From contig NC_020304.1 of the NCBI RefSeq assembly GCF_000341395.1, forward strand, positions 2,070,001 to 2,102,000: a DNA stretch of 32,000 nucleotides, given 5' to 3'. The stretch is from Desulfocapsa sulfexigens DSM 10523 (GTDB taxonomy: Bacteria; Desulfobacterota; Desulfobulbia; Desulfobulbales; Desulfocapsaceae). The position numbers and the translations under genes are program-made. Below, piece by piece: positions 1-9,202 of this stretch (position 1 is its first letter; the number at the start of each line of letters is the position of its first letter). Below the pieces are notes generated by a model. The model did not search any database, was not told the DNA's origin, and saw only the letters and a program-made list of their open reading frames with translations.

Positions 1-24
1 AGACCGCTTACAGAATATGTTCTT

Positions 25-68
25 AAAAGCCCCTTGTCGACCGATGTTGGCAGGGGGCTTTTTTTTAG
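25..68. terminator. Candidate bidirectional intrinsic terminator: a hairpin with an A-run on one side and a T-run on the other
   Basis: The sequence reads aaaAGCCCC ... GGGGGCTtttttttt, a GC-core stem. Eight T follow on the + strand and four T on the - strand. It lies about 48 nt downstream of the stop of the - strand M50 gene and would also terminate a + strand gene ending left of the window. Confidence 0.6.
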
Positions 69-115
69 CTGGTAGAATGACCTGTCGCCTTGATTTCTGG
101 ATAAGGATATCTGCT

Positions 116-745
116 CTATAATAAGATATTTCGAGCAAAGTCAATGATCGGTAGTATCATCTTTGACAGTATGCCTGAAAATGCCAGGAGTATAATAATA
201 ACAAACCCATAACGTTCAACCGATGCGTATGATCTTGCCATATCCGGAGGGAGGATGCCTGCAAGAATCTTGCTCCCGTCCAGTGGTGGAATGGGTAGGA
301 AGTTAAAGATACAGAGTACCAGATTTATCCAGACGGAAGCCATGAGCACCTCATTCAACGGGACAAGGATAGCTTCGGCAATGGGGGAATAGGGAATGGT
401 GGCGGCAATGAACCAGACGATCTTTGTAAGTATTGCACTGATAACAGCCAGCGCCAGATTCACAGCAGGGCCTGCAAGGGCCACCCATAGCATGTCCTTA
501 CGTGGATTCTTGAAATAATACGGATTCACGGGTACCGGTTTTGCCCAACCGATTTTAATAATAAAAAATGCCAGTGTTCCTAGTGGATCAAGGTGTTTCA
601 AAGGGTTTAATGTCAGGCGTCCCTCGTTTCTTGCAGTGGGGTCACCGAAACGGTAGGCTACATAGCCGTGGGCAAATTCGTGGACGGTCAGGGCCAGGAG
701 GATTGGTGGGGCGAGAATTATTATCTGAAGAATAATACTATTCAT
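116..745 (-). CDS. Site-2 protease family (peptidase M50) zinc metalloprotease, polytopic membrane protein
   Basis: 209-aa ORF. The HExxH motif (HEFAHG) sits in the first TM segment and the second M50 motif is present as NFLPIPPLDGSK. The protein is hydrophobic throughout. Confidence 0.9.
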   Translation of the reverse strand: MNSIILQIIILAPPILLALTVHEFAHGYVAYRFGDPTARNEGRLTLNPLKHLDPLGTLAFFIIKIGWAKPVPVNPYYFKNPRKDMLWVALAGPAVNLALAVISAILTKIVWFIAATIPYSPIAEAILVPLNEVLMASVWINLVLCIFNFLPIPPLDGSKILAGILPPDMARSYASVERYGFVIIILLAFSGILSKMILPIIDFARNILL

Positions 746-905
746 AGTGTTTCTATTTCCAATGAAGTGTTTACGTGTCAGGGAAGAGTAATCATTGAAG
801 GGTGAAGGCGCAAGGAGTCGGAGTTTCTCTTAATGATTGAGGATTGTGTTTATTTAAAAGCACAATTCTGGCATTGTTACTGAAGCGATTTTAGACAGAG
901 CCCTG

Positions 906-1802
906 TCATCTTTTTCCTTCTCGTTTGTTTTCAAGATATTGAAAAACCCGGCTGAGCAGTAGAGTTATGATACAGGCCATGGCTAGTCGGCTGATGACAA
1001 TAATCCAGTAGTTTGCCCCAAAAAGAACGAAAATAAGAGGGTCTTCGAGAAGAGAATGGCAGATCATAAGGAAGGTAGCAATGAAAAAGATATCCTTTTT
1101 CTGAAGGTTACCCGATTCAGCTTCTTTAAAGAGAATCCCAGCACCATAGGTGATTCCCAGGAGTTGCCCGGTAAGTAATGAAAACGAAGTTTGCACCCGT
1201 TGACCATAGTGTGTAATAAACTGTGTCCGCTTAATTGTATCCATCAGAAAAATAACAATAGTAATGAGACTGATTATCTTTAGAGACAGGACTGCTGCAT
1301 TCGCCAGTGAGTGGAGTAGCATGTCGGGGATACTCGAATATGACGCGAGCTGGATGTTTTTCCCACTCCGTTCTCCTGTGAAAAATGAGGCAGGCAGGAA
1401 AAAAAGAGGCATGGTGGTGAGAAAGGCCATGGATATCCTCAGGCAGGTGGAGTAGAGAAAGCTGATGCCGAGCTTTTTCATAATACTGTTTTCCACTGGA
1501 AGGCTGTGACAGACTCCAAGGAAGACCCCGAGGATCGTCCATTCGTAGGAACTGAGCCCCAGCGGTGCTGCAAATGCTACTGCAGCGTATATATTGAGGA
1601 AGACCCCTGCGCAGATGGCCATTGCCGTTTCTGAAGGAAGCTGCAGAATGCTGGTAACCGGAGAAAAGAGAAAACTTACTGGTCGGAGGAGATCAAAGTA
1701 AAGAAGAATGTCGGCGAGAATATAAAATGGAATAACCAGTTTCAGTATAAGGATTGCACTGGCAAATGATGCTTTTAGGCTTTCGCGCAAAGAGTTTGGC
1801 AT
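906..1802 (-). CDS. Polytopic membrane protein, probably of the nucleoside-recognition (Gate) domain family
   Basis: 298-aa ORF with 8 or more hydrophobic segments. The stretch PSETAMAICAGVFLNIYAAVAFAAPLGLS resembles Gate-domain proteins (FeoB C-terminal / SpmA-B like). The family assignment is from memory and was not searched. Confidence 0.5.
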   Translation of the reverse strand: MPNSLRESLKASFASAILILKLVIPFYILADILLYFDLLRPVSFLFSPVTSILQLPSETAMAICAGVFLNIYAAVAFAAPLGLSSYEWTILGVFLGVCHSLPVENSIMKKLGISFLYSTCLRISMAFLTTMPLFFLPASFFTGERSGKNIQLASYSSIPDMLLHSLANAAVLSLKIISLITIVIFLMDTIKRTQFITHYGQRVQTSFSLLTGQLLGITYGAGILFKEAESGNLQKKDIFFIATFLMICHSLLEDPLIFVLFGANYWIIVISRLAMACIITLLLSRVFQYLENKREGKR

Positions 1803-1934
1803 GGTAAGATGCTGTATACGGTATATTGCTTATAGCCGCAATGCTTATTCTACTCTTGACGATAAAGTAACTGCCTAATACATTACGCAATGTCTGAGAT
1901 GTCGTGTGCCGGTAGTTTTTTAAGGTTTAAATGA

Positions 1935-2840
1935 GTGTCAACTACAGTGAGGATTTTTGTGAATTACAGATATTGGTGGGTTTTCCTGCTTGCTTTTTTG
2001 TTTTGTTTTCCCGTTCAGCTGTCTGCTGAGACTTCTGCAAAATTAGACGTTTTCGTTTCCATTCCTCCTCAGAAGTGGTTGTGTGAACAGCTTGGCGGTG
2101 GTCACCTTGTAATCCATCTTCTGGTGGCCCAGGGGCAGGAACCTCATGCCTTTGAACCCACTCCCAGGCAGATTCAGGCTCTTTCCGGTGCCGGAGTGTT
2201 TTTTACCGCCGGGATGGAATTTGAGCAGGAAATCACCAGGCGTCTTCAGGCGGGAGCACCATCTCTGCAGATAATCGACACCAGTAATGACATAGAAAAA
2301 ATTTCCATTAATGGAGCCGGCCACGACCATGATCATGCGGAGATGTTGGACCCCCATGTCTGGTTGTCACCACCAAACTTGAAAAGTATGGCCGGAGTCA
2401 TGACCGCAGCCCTTGGCCATAAAGATCCTGAAAATAAAAGGGTGTATGACGCGAATCTGGAAAAACTGAACGCCCGGTTGGATGCTCTTGATCAGGTCGT
2501 TATGGAAGATCTGGCGGCTTTCCAGGGGGCTTCTTTTTTTGTCTTCCATCCGGCATTTGGTTATTTTGCTCATCGCTACCATTTGCAGCAGGTTGCTGTG
2601 GAAACGGGTGGAAAATCCCCAACTCCAAAACAGCTTTTTGCACTTATTAAAAAGGCAAAGAAAGACGGGGTGAAGGTGATTTTTGTCCAGCCCCAGTTTG
2701 ATCCAAGAAGTGCAGAGAAGGTGGCAACTGCCATTGGTGGTAAGGTCATTACCCTTGATCCCCTTGCAGAGAACAGTGTTGATAATATACGGATCATGGC
2801 TGAAAAAATTGCTGATGCCCTTACTGGTCGGACAAAGTAA
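1935..2840 (+). CDS. znuA: Metal (probably zinc) ABC transporter substrate-binding protein, ZnuA/TroA family
   Basis: GTG start with AAGG 9 nt upstream. Signal peptide WWVFLLAFLFCFPVQLSAETSA. A short His/Asp-rich loop (GHDHDHAE) is followed by DPHVWLSP, typical of cluster A-1 binding proteins. The stop overlaps the next start as TAATG. Confidence 0.85.
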   Translation: MSTTVRIFVNYRYWWVFLLAFLFCFPVQLSAETSAKLDVFVSIPPQKWLCEQLGGGHLVIHLLVAQGQEPHAFEPTPRQIQALSGAGVFFTAGMEFEQEITRRLQAGAPSLQIIDTSNDIEKISINGAGHDHDHAEMLDPHVWLSPPNLKSMAGVMTAALGHKDPENKRVYDANLEKLNARLDALDQVVMEDLAAFQGASFFVFHPAFGYFAHRYHLQQVAVETGGKSPTPKQLFALIKKAKKDGVKVIFVQPQFDPRSAEKVATAIGGKVITLDPLAENSVDNIRIMAEKIADALTGRTK

Positions 2841-3610
2841 TGGCTGCTGATATGTCAGATAGCAGTGCGATATCCATTCGTGACCTTTCCTTTTCCTATG
2901 ATGCTCAGGTTGTGCTTGAGGACGTCAATCTTGAAGTGCTTTCTCTGGATTCCATCTGTGTGGTTGGACCAAATGGTGGAGGAAAATCCACCCTTATAAA
3001 ATTAATAGTAGGACTCCTCAATCCCGATAGCGGTGAAGTGCGAGTCTTTGGTGAAAAACCAGAATCTGCAAGGTTGAGGATAGGCTATGTCCCCCAGTAT
3101 GCCAGGTATGATCCGCAGTTTCCCATCTCTGTTTTTGAGGTGGTGTGTATGGGACGATTAAGTGATTCGTGGATTGGACGATATACACGTGATGATAGGG
3201 AAAAGGTGATGGAAGCGCTCAGTATTATAGGGCTTGCAGATATTGCTGACAGGCCTTTTTCTTCCATTTCCGGTGGACAGCGACAGCGTGTACTTATTGC
3301 CAGAGCCCTTGCTTCTGAAGGTGATATCCTGATTCTTGATGAACCTACGGCCAATATCGATCATGAATCGGAGGTGCAATTTTTTGATCTTCTGACAGAG
3401 TTGAATAAACGCATGACTATACTGATGGTTACACACGAAGTTGGCTTTGCATCCACCTTTTTTAAACGGATTGCCTGCGTGAATAAACAGGTGGTGATTC
3501 ATCCGACGAGTGCTCTCACAGGGGATCTTATTCGTGATATGTATGGCGGTGACTTGCAGATTATCCGTCACGATCACTTTTGTGGAGTGGAAGGACACCA
3601 GCATGATTGA
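2840..3610 (+). CDS. znuC: Metal ABC transporter ATP-binding protein
   Basis: Walker A GPNGGGKST, signature SGGQRQR, Walker B ILILDEPT and H-loop VTHE are all present. The gene overlaps its neighbours on both sides. Confidence 0.9.
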   Translation: MAADMSDSSAISIRDLSFSYDAQVVLEDVNLEVLSLDSICVVGPNGGGKSTLIKLIVGLLNPDSGEVRVFGEKPESARLRIGYVPQYARYDPQFPISVFEVVCMGRLSDSWIGRYTRDDREKVMEALSIIGLADIADRPFSSISGGQRQRVLIARALASEGDILILDEPTANIDHESEVQFFDLLTELNKRMTILMVTHEVGFASTFFKRIACVNKQVVIHPTSALTGDLIRDMYGGDLQIIRHDHFCGVEGHQHD

Positions 3611-4451
3611 ATTTGTGGCAGCATTGACAGATCCCAATTTGCCGTTTTTTCGCTATGCATTGCTTACTGGAATTTTTGCCTCTGTCCCCTTTGGTATAAT
3701 TGGTACCTTTGTCGTTGTACGCAGGATCAGCTATATTGCGGGTGCCATTGCCCATTGTGTGCTTGGTGGAATAGGTCTTGGCATGTATCTGGAAAAAGCG
3801 GTGGGGATCAGCTGGTTTGGACCCATGCAGGGAGCTGTCCTGGTGGCATTACTTGCTGCGGTTATTTTAACTCTGGTAAGTCGCTACGCTGCTGAGCGTG
3901 AGGACAGTGTGATTGGTGCTCTCTGGGCTGTCGGCATGGCAACTGGGCTTCTTTTTATTGCCAAAACCCCGGGGTATGTCGATCCCATGAGTTATCTTTT
4001 CGGGAACATCCTGCTCGTCTCAAAACAGGATTTTGTCTTTGTACTGGTGCTTGATGTGATTGTACTTGGACTCGTTACTCTTTTTTATAATAAATTTCTG
4101 GCCGTGTGTTTTGATGAGGAGTTTTCACGACTGCGGGGAGTACATACGGGCTGGATGTATCTGCTGCTACTGTGTCTGGCTGCGCTCACCATTGTTTTGC
4201 TGGTGAGGGTTGTCGGTATTGTTATGGTAATTGCTCTGCTTACTCTGCCAGCTGCTGTTGCCGGTAATATGTCTCGAAATATCAAGCAGATGATGTTTGT
4301 TTCGATTTTGTTTTGTGCCGGTTTTGTGGTGATGGGGCTAGGGGTAAGTTACAATCTTGACCTGCCAAGTGGGCCAGTGATTATTGTCATTGCTGCCCTT
4401 GTGTATCTTCTGGTTTTGTCCGCCGCAAGATTAAAAAAGAGTTTTTTCTGA
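3603..4451 (+). CDS. znuB: Metal ABC transporter permease (ZnuB/TroCD family)
   Basis: The ORF track starts at 3510, but the ATG at 3603 (MIEFVAALTDPNLPFF...) gives the usual ATGA-type overlap with the znuC stop at 3608-3610. This start avoids about 100 nt of overlap. The protein has 8-9 hydrophobic segments, and the motifs ALLTLPAA and GPVIIVIAALVYL are typical of this permease family. Confidence 0.85.
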   Translation: MIEFVAALTDPNLPFFRYALLTGIFASVPFGIIGTFVVVRRISYIAGAIAHCVLGGIGLGMYLEKAVGISWFGPMQGAVLVALLAAVILTLVSRYAAEREDSVIGALWAVGMATGLLFIAKTPGYVDPMSYLFGNILLVSKQDFVFVLVLDVIVLGLVTLFYNKFLAVCFDEEFSRLRGVHTGWMYLLLLCLAALTIVLLVRVVGIVMVIALLTLPAAVAGNMSRNIKQMMFVSILFCAGFVVMGLGVSYNLDLPSGPVIIVIAALVYLLVLSAARLKKSFF

Positions 4452-4538
4452 TGCTGTCCCATAATGCACATCTTTTGAGTAATTTTACCGGCTATGGATC
4501 AAAATTTACTGCGGTTTGTCAGGGACTGAGTGGTTTCG

Positions 4539-5345
4539 TTAAGAGGAAAGATTGTTTAGTTGTATGGATCCGCCAAGCTGTGTGAGGAATGATTTTGATT
4601 TTGCAGAAATCCCCATAAACTCCATACCATATCTTCCATCGGTTGCTGATCGTACAATAGCAGTCTCTGAAAGTTTGAAGGCCTTGCCAACAGAAAATTG
4701 AACATGCATCCGATCATCAACCCTATGGCTGGTGTTGGAGACCATGAGAAATCCACCGGGACTGATGTTGCGTATTACACCATGGCTTCTTTTCCCTGAA
4801 TTGAGATCCTGGCAATATGCAAAAAGATCTTCATCAACAATATGATCTTTTGGGATGCGTTTGTAACGTCTTCTTTCCTTTGGTTCCTCTTTAGGTTCAG
4901 TGTCGTCCTGATGGATAAACCTGTCATAAAAATCGGTATCAATTACTGTATCATTGTTCGTTGGTTGTAATTGCTCTCTGGCAGGTTCTTGGGAAATGGG
5001 GGCGATAAAGACAGAGAAAATGGCAAAGGCATCATCCCGGTTTTCGGCAATTGTGAAAACCTCATCCAGGTGAGTGATTTTAAGGAGACTCCTTACCTGT
5101 TCAGTAATGCCGCATATTACTAACTGGCCATCGTCGTAGATCTCTTTAAGAGCTCTGATCATGGAACCCAGGCCAGTGCTGTCCATGAAGATAATATTGC
5201 TCATATCAAGAAGAATGAAAACATTGCCTTCTTTGATAAATCCCTGCATTGCCGAAAGAAAACTCTCTGCCTGAGGGGCGTCCAGTCTTTCACCTTCAAA
5301 GGTAACGATAAATACCCCTTGAATAAGTTCTGTTTTTAGTCTCAT
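4539..5345 (-). CDS. Fusion protein with an N-terminal STAS (anti-sigma-factor antagonist) domain and a C-terminal PilZ (c-di-GMP binding) domain
   Basis: Residues 1 to about 112 look like SpoIIAA/RsbV (FILLDMSNIIFMDSTGLGSMIRALKE, with the DST-G-L-G phosphorylatable-Ser motif). An acidic linker follows. The PilZ signatures are RRRYKR (RxxxR) and NISPGG ((D/N)xSxxG). Confidence 0.8.
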   Translation of the reverse strand: MRLKTELIQGVFIVTFEGERLDAPQAESFLSAMQGFIKEGNVFILLDMSNIIFMDSTGLGSMIRALKEIYDDGQLVICGITEQVRSLLKITHLDEVFTIAENRDDAFAIFSVFIAPISQEPAREQLQPTNNDTVIDTDFYDRFIHQDDTEPKEEPKERRRYKRIPKDHIVDEDLFAYCQDLNSGKRSHGVIRNISPGGFLMVSNTSHRVDDRMHVQFSVGKAFKLSETAIVRSATDGRYGMEFMGISAKSKSFLTQLGGSIQLNNLSS

Positions 5346-5493
5346 GGTGCAATCTTTGCTCTGCCCTTGGAGAAAGTGATTGTTTTTTTTAGTTACAGGA
5401 AATTAATCAATTGCAAAGAATAATACAAGTAACTTGTCCTTTTTATACGTGAAGTCTTGAGAAGGGGATATGTATTCTGTTTTACAACGTGAA

Positions 5494-5538
5494 CAAAAAA
5501 AGGTCCTCCAGCATGCTGTCGCTGAATGACCTTTTTTA
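5494..5538 (-). terminator. Intrinsic terminator candidate downstream of the PEP-CTERM gene
   Basis: On the minus strand the sequence reads aaaaaaGGTC-att-CAGC-gacagcat-GCTG-gag-GACCttttttt. This is an interrupted stem followed by a 7-T run. It lies about 40 nt after the stop at 5577. Confidence 0.5.
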
Positions 5539-5576
5539 TAGGGTGAATTTGTAATTTTTTTCGAAAGCTCTACCGT

Positions 5577-6287
5577 TTATTTTGCTTTCCTTCGCAGCCT
5601 GTAACCTGCAAGGCCAGTAAGCCCTGCGCCAAAGAGCAGCATGGTGGCAGGTTCTGGTACCGGTGCACCTCCTCCCGCAACATCATTAGCGCACCAGGGG
5701 GCGTACGCTACAAAAAAGCCATCTTCTACTGCCAGACCACCAAAACTACTAAAGTCGTAGGTTATGGTAAGTCCTGAATGATTACCACCTATATTACTAT
5801 TTAAAAGTGTAAGAAAATTGGCATCGATACCATTTGGATTTCCTTCACGTCCAATTTTACTAATAGTAGTGTATTCATAATAATCAGCAACACTGTAAAG
5901 GCCACTACTGGCAGCGACATCACCGGTGGTTTCTCCCACCGGATTAAATCCAGAATCAAGGCTTTCCCTTCCATCGAGTACAAAAAAATTCCAATCATCC
6001 CATGCCGAGTTACTCTTCCAGGAGGTATTGATAAATAACGAATCAAATGCACGTCGGGCATCACTTTCTAAATCAACAGTAATGCGAGTAAGAAAATTAT
6101 TTTCAACAGTTACATGTAAACCAGCAACCTCAGGAGTTCCATATTCGTCTGTAGTTCTGTTACTGCTATACCCAGGCCAGTTAATCCAACTGTCTTCAAT
6201 GGTGTAAACTGTTGCTGCAGCATTGGAGGCAAACAGGCAAACAGTGCAAAACGAAATATAAGATATGATATTCAAAGATTTCTGCAT
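5577..6287 (-). CDS. PEP-CTERM sorting-domain secreted protein
   Basis: The C-terminus is VPEPATMLLFGAGLTGLAGYRLRRKAK, that is a PEP motif, a TM helix and a basic tail. The N-terminal signal peptide is MQKSLNIISYISFCTVCLFASNAAA. I prefer the ATG at 6287 because AAGGAG lies 8 nt upstream. The ORF track extends to 6323. Confidence 0.85.
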   Translation of the reverse strand: MQKSLNIISYISFCTVCLFASNAAATVYTIEDSWINWPGYSSNRTTDEYGTPEVAGLHVTVENNFLTRITVDLESDARRAFDSLFINTSWKSNSAWDDWNFFVLDGRESLDSGFNPVGETTGDVAASSGLYSVADYYEYTTISKIGREGNPNGIDANFLTLLNSNIGGNHSGLTITYDFSSFGGLAVEDGFFVAYAPWCANDVAGGGAPVPEPATMLLFGAGLTGLAGYRLRRKAK

Positions 6288-6486
6288 CAGTATTCTCCTT
6301 ATGAGATTTAGAAATTCTAACAATCTTCCTAAATGGTAAGGTAAAACATATTTCCTGTCTATAGTTGAATTGACTATTTTAAATGGTTCCTGTTGAAAAA
6401 AAGTAAGGCCTGTTGGGGGGGTGGGCTGTTTTTAGGAGTGATTATCTGTTTTGGTCTAGGAAAAACAGAGATTGGGAAAATATTTT

Positions 6487-9162
6487 TTATCGAGGAAAAT
6501 GCTTTAAGATGAACTGTTTTTCGTCCTCTCTGCTTTTCACGAGTCCATCCAGACGTGCATCTGTGATATCTGAAAACATTTTTTTAAATTGCTCTCCAGG
6601 AATATAACCAAGTTTTTTGAGGTCATCACCATTAAGAAGTGATTGTACATTTCGCAGTGAGGTGACGTAGAGTGATACTGTTTTCTTGATTTCTTTTTTT
6701 CTGGCAATGGCCATCAAATAGAGCAATCCTTCGTTTGTGAGATTCTTGAGCATCTGATTGATTTCGCTGTTTTTTTCAGGTATCCGGCCGTAGAGTTTGT
6801 TGCCAATTTCGTCTGCCGTGAGTTTCTGGATGATCAGTTCCCTGCAAATATGATCATGAATCTGAAAACGTTCGCAAAATGTTTCAATTTGGCGGGGCCG
6901 GGATCTGGCCATAATAGCAAGGAGGTAAACACGCCACGGTTCAATGGGTTCGTCAAGGTAGAGAAGGTGAAACCAGGATATGGCCTGCTGGGCCTGTCTG
7001 ATGATATGGAGGAAACGGCGGTCGATTTTGAGATTGGGTAGCAGGTCGGGCCAGAGAAACTGGAAGAGTTCCAGGTCTGCAAGTCGCCTGATGGCAAGGA
7101 TTGGGTTTTCTTCCTCGAAAATCTGCTTGAGTTCGGTAAAGATGCGCGGGTTGTTTGTCTTGCCGAAGAGATCCATTTTTACGGCCCCATGAATCAGTCG
7201 TTCTGTATGTCTGGCAATTTTGAAATCCATTCGCTTTTCAAAGCGAACAGCTCGCAGGATACGGCTGGGATCTTCCACGAAACTTAAGTTGTGGAGGACT
7301 TTGATCAGTTTGTCCTTAAGGTCATTCTGGCAGCTGAAAAAGTCGATCAGCGTACCAAATAGGGCAGGGTTGAGCTGAAGTGCCATGGCGTTAATGGTGA
7401 AATCACGTCGGTAAAGATCAAGTTTGATGGATGAGAGTTCAACCGTTGGGAGTGCCGCCGGATATTCATAGTATTCGAGTCTTGCCGTGGCCACATCAAT
7501 CTTGAATCCGTTGGCGAGGGTTATGTTGGCGGTTTTAAAACGATCATGGGTTCGAACCCGGCCACCAAGGGTTTTCACAAGCTGTTTGGCAAAAATGATT
7601 CCATCACCCTCCACCACAATATCCAGATCCAGGTTTTTCTGCTTCTGGAGCAGGTCGCGAACAAACCCTCCAACTGCATAGGCTTTAAACCCAATGTCTT
7701 CGGCTACCTCGCCAATTGTTCTGAGCAGGATGATGAGGTCCCTATCCAGTGTTTCACTTATAAGTTGGAGAACATTTTTACTTTTTTCCCGAGTGGAGGG
7801 GGCATCTGCGCCTCCAAGGTCCTGAGGCATATGGCCGGGATCATTTATCAGCATGTTAAGGAGGTCGGTTCGTGTGATGACCCCCTCCAGTCGCTGTTCA
7901 TGAATAATGGGGATCAGCCGTTGTCTGTGTTCGATTATTAACTCTTCTATGTCGGAGAGTGTTGCACTGAGCGGAAGCACTTCAATGTCTGTTGTCATGT
8001 AATCACTTACAGGAAAAGTGCCGAGGTTGTGATGTATGGCCTTCTCAACAATTCTACGTGAAATGGTTCCGACAATTTTTGCCGGTGGGAGGGGAGTCGT
8101 TGCTGTTTCGGAATCAGCATCTGCAAGTACCGGAAGGGCTGTGATATTGTAGCGGGTGAGCAAGCTGTTCGCTTCAAGAATTGAAGTGTTTGAGGGGATT
8201 GAAATGACGGGCTGGGAGAGCATTTCTCCGGCGATTGCCTGTGGTTTGATATGTCTGTGGAGGCTCCGGATCAGTTGTTCCTGTGCCTCAATCATGGTCA
8301 TGTCTCGTAGGGTGGCCGAGGCCGCAGAGGCGTGGCCACCTCCATTAAAATCCCTGGCAATAGCCCCGGTGTTGACTTCCGGAACACGGGATCTTGCGAT
8401 GAGATAGATACGTCCCTCCATGGAGACCAGGGCAAAGAGGCAGTCGAGGTTTTCCATTATCATGAAGCGACGAACGATGAGTGAGAAGTCATCCTCGTAT
8501 TCTTCGAGTGTGAGATTTATGACCACAGCCTCAATGCCTGAAATCCTGTAACTTTTGGCGGTTTTGCTAAGTTCGTGTATCAGGCTCACCTGTCGGGCGG
8601 TGAGGTCATAGGAGAGGAATTGAGAAATGATGTCTAACTGAGCGCCTTTTTTTAACAGCCAGGCGGCCGCGAACAGGTCGTCCGGAGTGGTGGTCATGTG
8701 AGTAAGAGAGCCGGTGTCCTCATAAATACCAAGTCCGTAAATGGTTGCTTCTTCCTGGCTGACGGATATTTTTTTTTCTTGTAATACTCCACAGATAACC
8801 GTGATTGTTGCGCCAACCGGAGCAATTGTTTCAAGGTTTCCCTGCATGTCGTCTTCAGTGTCAGGGTGGTGGTCGTAAAGATGGAGGTTCAACTTTGGAT
8901 TGCTCAGGCATTTTGCAAACTCACCAATACGTCTCTTTTGCCTGGTGTCGACAACGATAAGGGTGTCTATCTGGTTCAGATCAATATACTTGAGTCTCGT
9001 GAAATCATATCGATGATGAAGCGTTTCTGCGATAAAGCGACGGACATTTTTTTCCTGGGAGCCGGGAAAGGCCATTACCGCGTCGGGGTAGAGTTTTTGT
9101 GCAGCGATCATGGAGGCAAGACCGTCAAAGTCCGCATTCAGGTGGGTTGTGATGACTTTCAT
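6487..9162 (-). CDS. Multidomain protein with DHH/DHHA1 phosphoesterase, a CBS pair and a class-II nucleotidyltransferase (poly(A) polymerase / CCA-adding family)
   Basis: DHH motifs are present: DFDG, DTR, and LYDHHP (which contains the DHH triplet). The DHHA1 motif is GGGHASAASA. A CBS pair follows (ITALPVL... / LIPIIHEQRLEGVITRTDLL). The nucleotidyltransferase head is AYAVGGFVRDLL...DLDIVVEGD with RRDFTINAM. The total length is 891 aa. Confidence 0.85.
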   Translation of the reverse strand: MKVITTHLNADFDGLASMIAAQKLYPDAVMAFPGSQEKNVRRFIAETLHHRYDFTRLKYIDLNQIDTLIVVDTRQKRRIGEFAKCLSNPKLNLHLYDHHPDTEDDMQGNLETIAPVGATITVICGVLQEKKISVSQEEATIYGLGIYEDTGSLTHMTTTPDDLFAAAWLLKKGAQLDIISQFLSYDLTARQVSLIHELSKTAKSYRISGIEAVVINLTLEEYEDDFSLIVRRFMIMENLDCLFALVSMEGRIYLIARSRVPEVNTGAIARDFNGGGHASAASATLRDMTMIEAQEQLIRSLHRHIKPQAIAGEMLSQPVISIPSNTSILEANSLLTRYNITALPVLADADSETATTPLPPAKIVGTISRRIVEKAIHHNLGTFPVSDYMTTDIEVLPLSATLSDIEELIIEHRQRLIPIIHEQRLEGVITRTDLLNMLINDPGHMPQDLGGADAPSTREKSKNVLQLISETLDRDLIILLRTIGEVAEDIGFKAYAVGGFVRDLLQKQKNLDLDIVVEGDGIIFAKQLVKTLGGRVRTHDRFKTANITLANGFKIDVATARLEYYEYPAALPTVELSSIKLDLYRRDFTINAMALQLNPALFGTLIDFFSCQNDLKDKLIKVLHNLSFVEDPSRILRAVRFEKRMDFKIARHTERLIHGAVKMDLFGKTNNPRIFTELKQIFEEENPILAIRRLADLELFQFLWPDLLPNLKIDRRFLHIIRQAQQAISWFHLLYLDEPIEPWRVYLLAIMARSRPRQIETFCERFQIHDHICRELIIQKLTADEIGNKLYGRIPEKNSEINQMLKNLTNEGLLYLMAIARKKEIKKTVSLYVTSLRNVQSLLNGDDLKKLGYIPGEQFKKMFSDITDARLDGLVKSREDEKQFILKHFPR

Positions 9163-9202
9163 GTCTTACTATCCACTATCCGTTATCAGCTGTCAACAGT
9201 CC

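Noticed and set aside
1867-1886. Possible Zur/Fur-family operator upstream of znuA (GTAACTGCCTAATACATTAC)
   Set aside because: Only the right half (AATACATTAC) resembles the ATAACATTAC half-site of proteobacterial Zur boxes. The left half matches poorly, at about 5 of 10 positions. This is not enough to call a feature, though it is worth a PWM scan.
3510-3602. An upstream extension of the permease ORF, using the track's start at 3510
   Set aside because: It would overlap znuC by about 100 nt. The ATG at 3603 gives the classical 8-nt overlap, and the protein then begins just before the first TM segment.
3842-3855. Sigma54-like element TGGCATTACTTGCT
   Set aside because: The GG-to-GC spacing is two nt too short for a -24/-12 promoter, and the element lies inside the znuB coding region.
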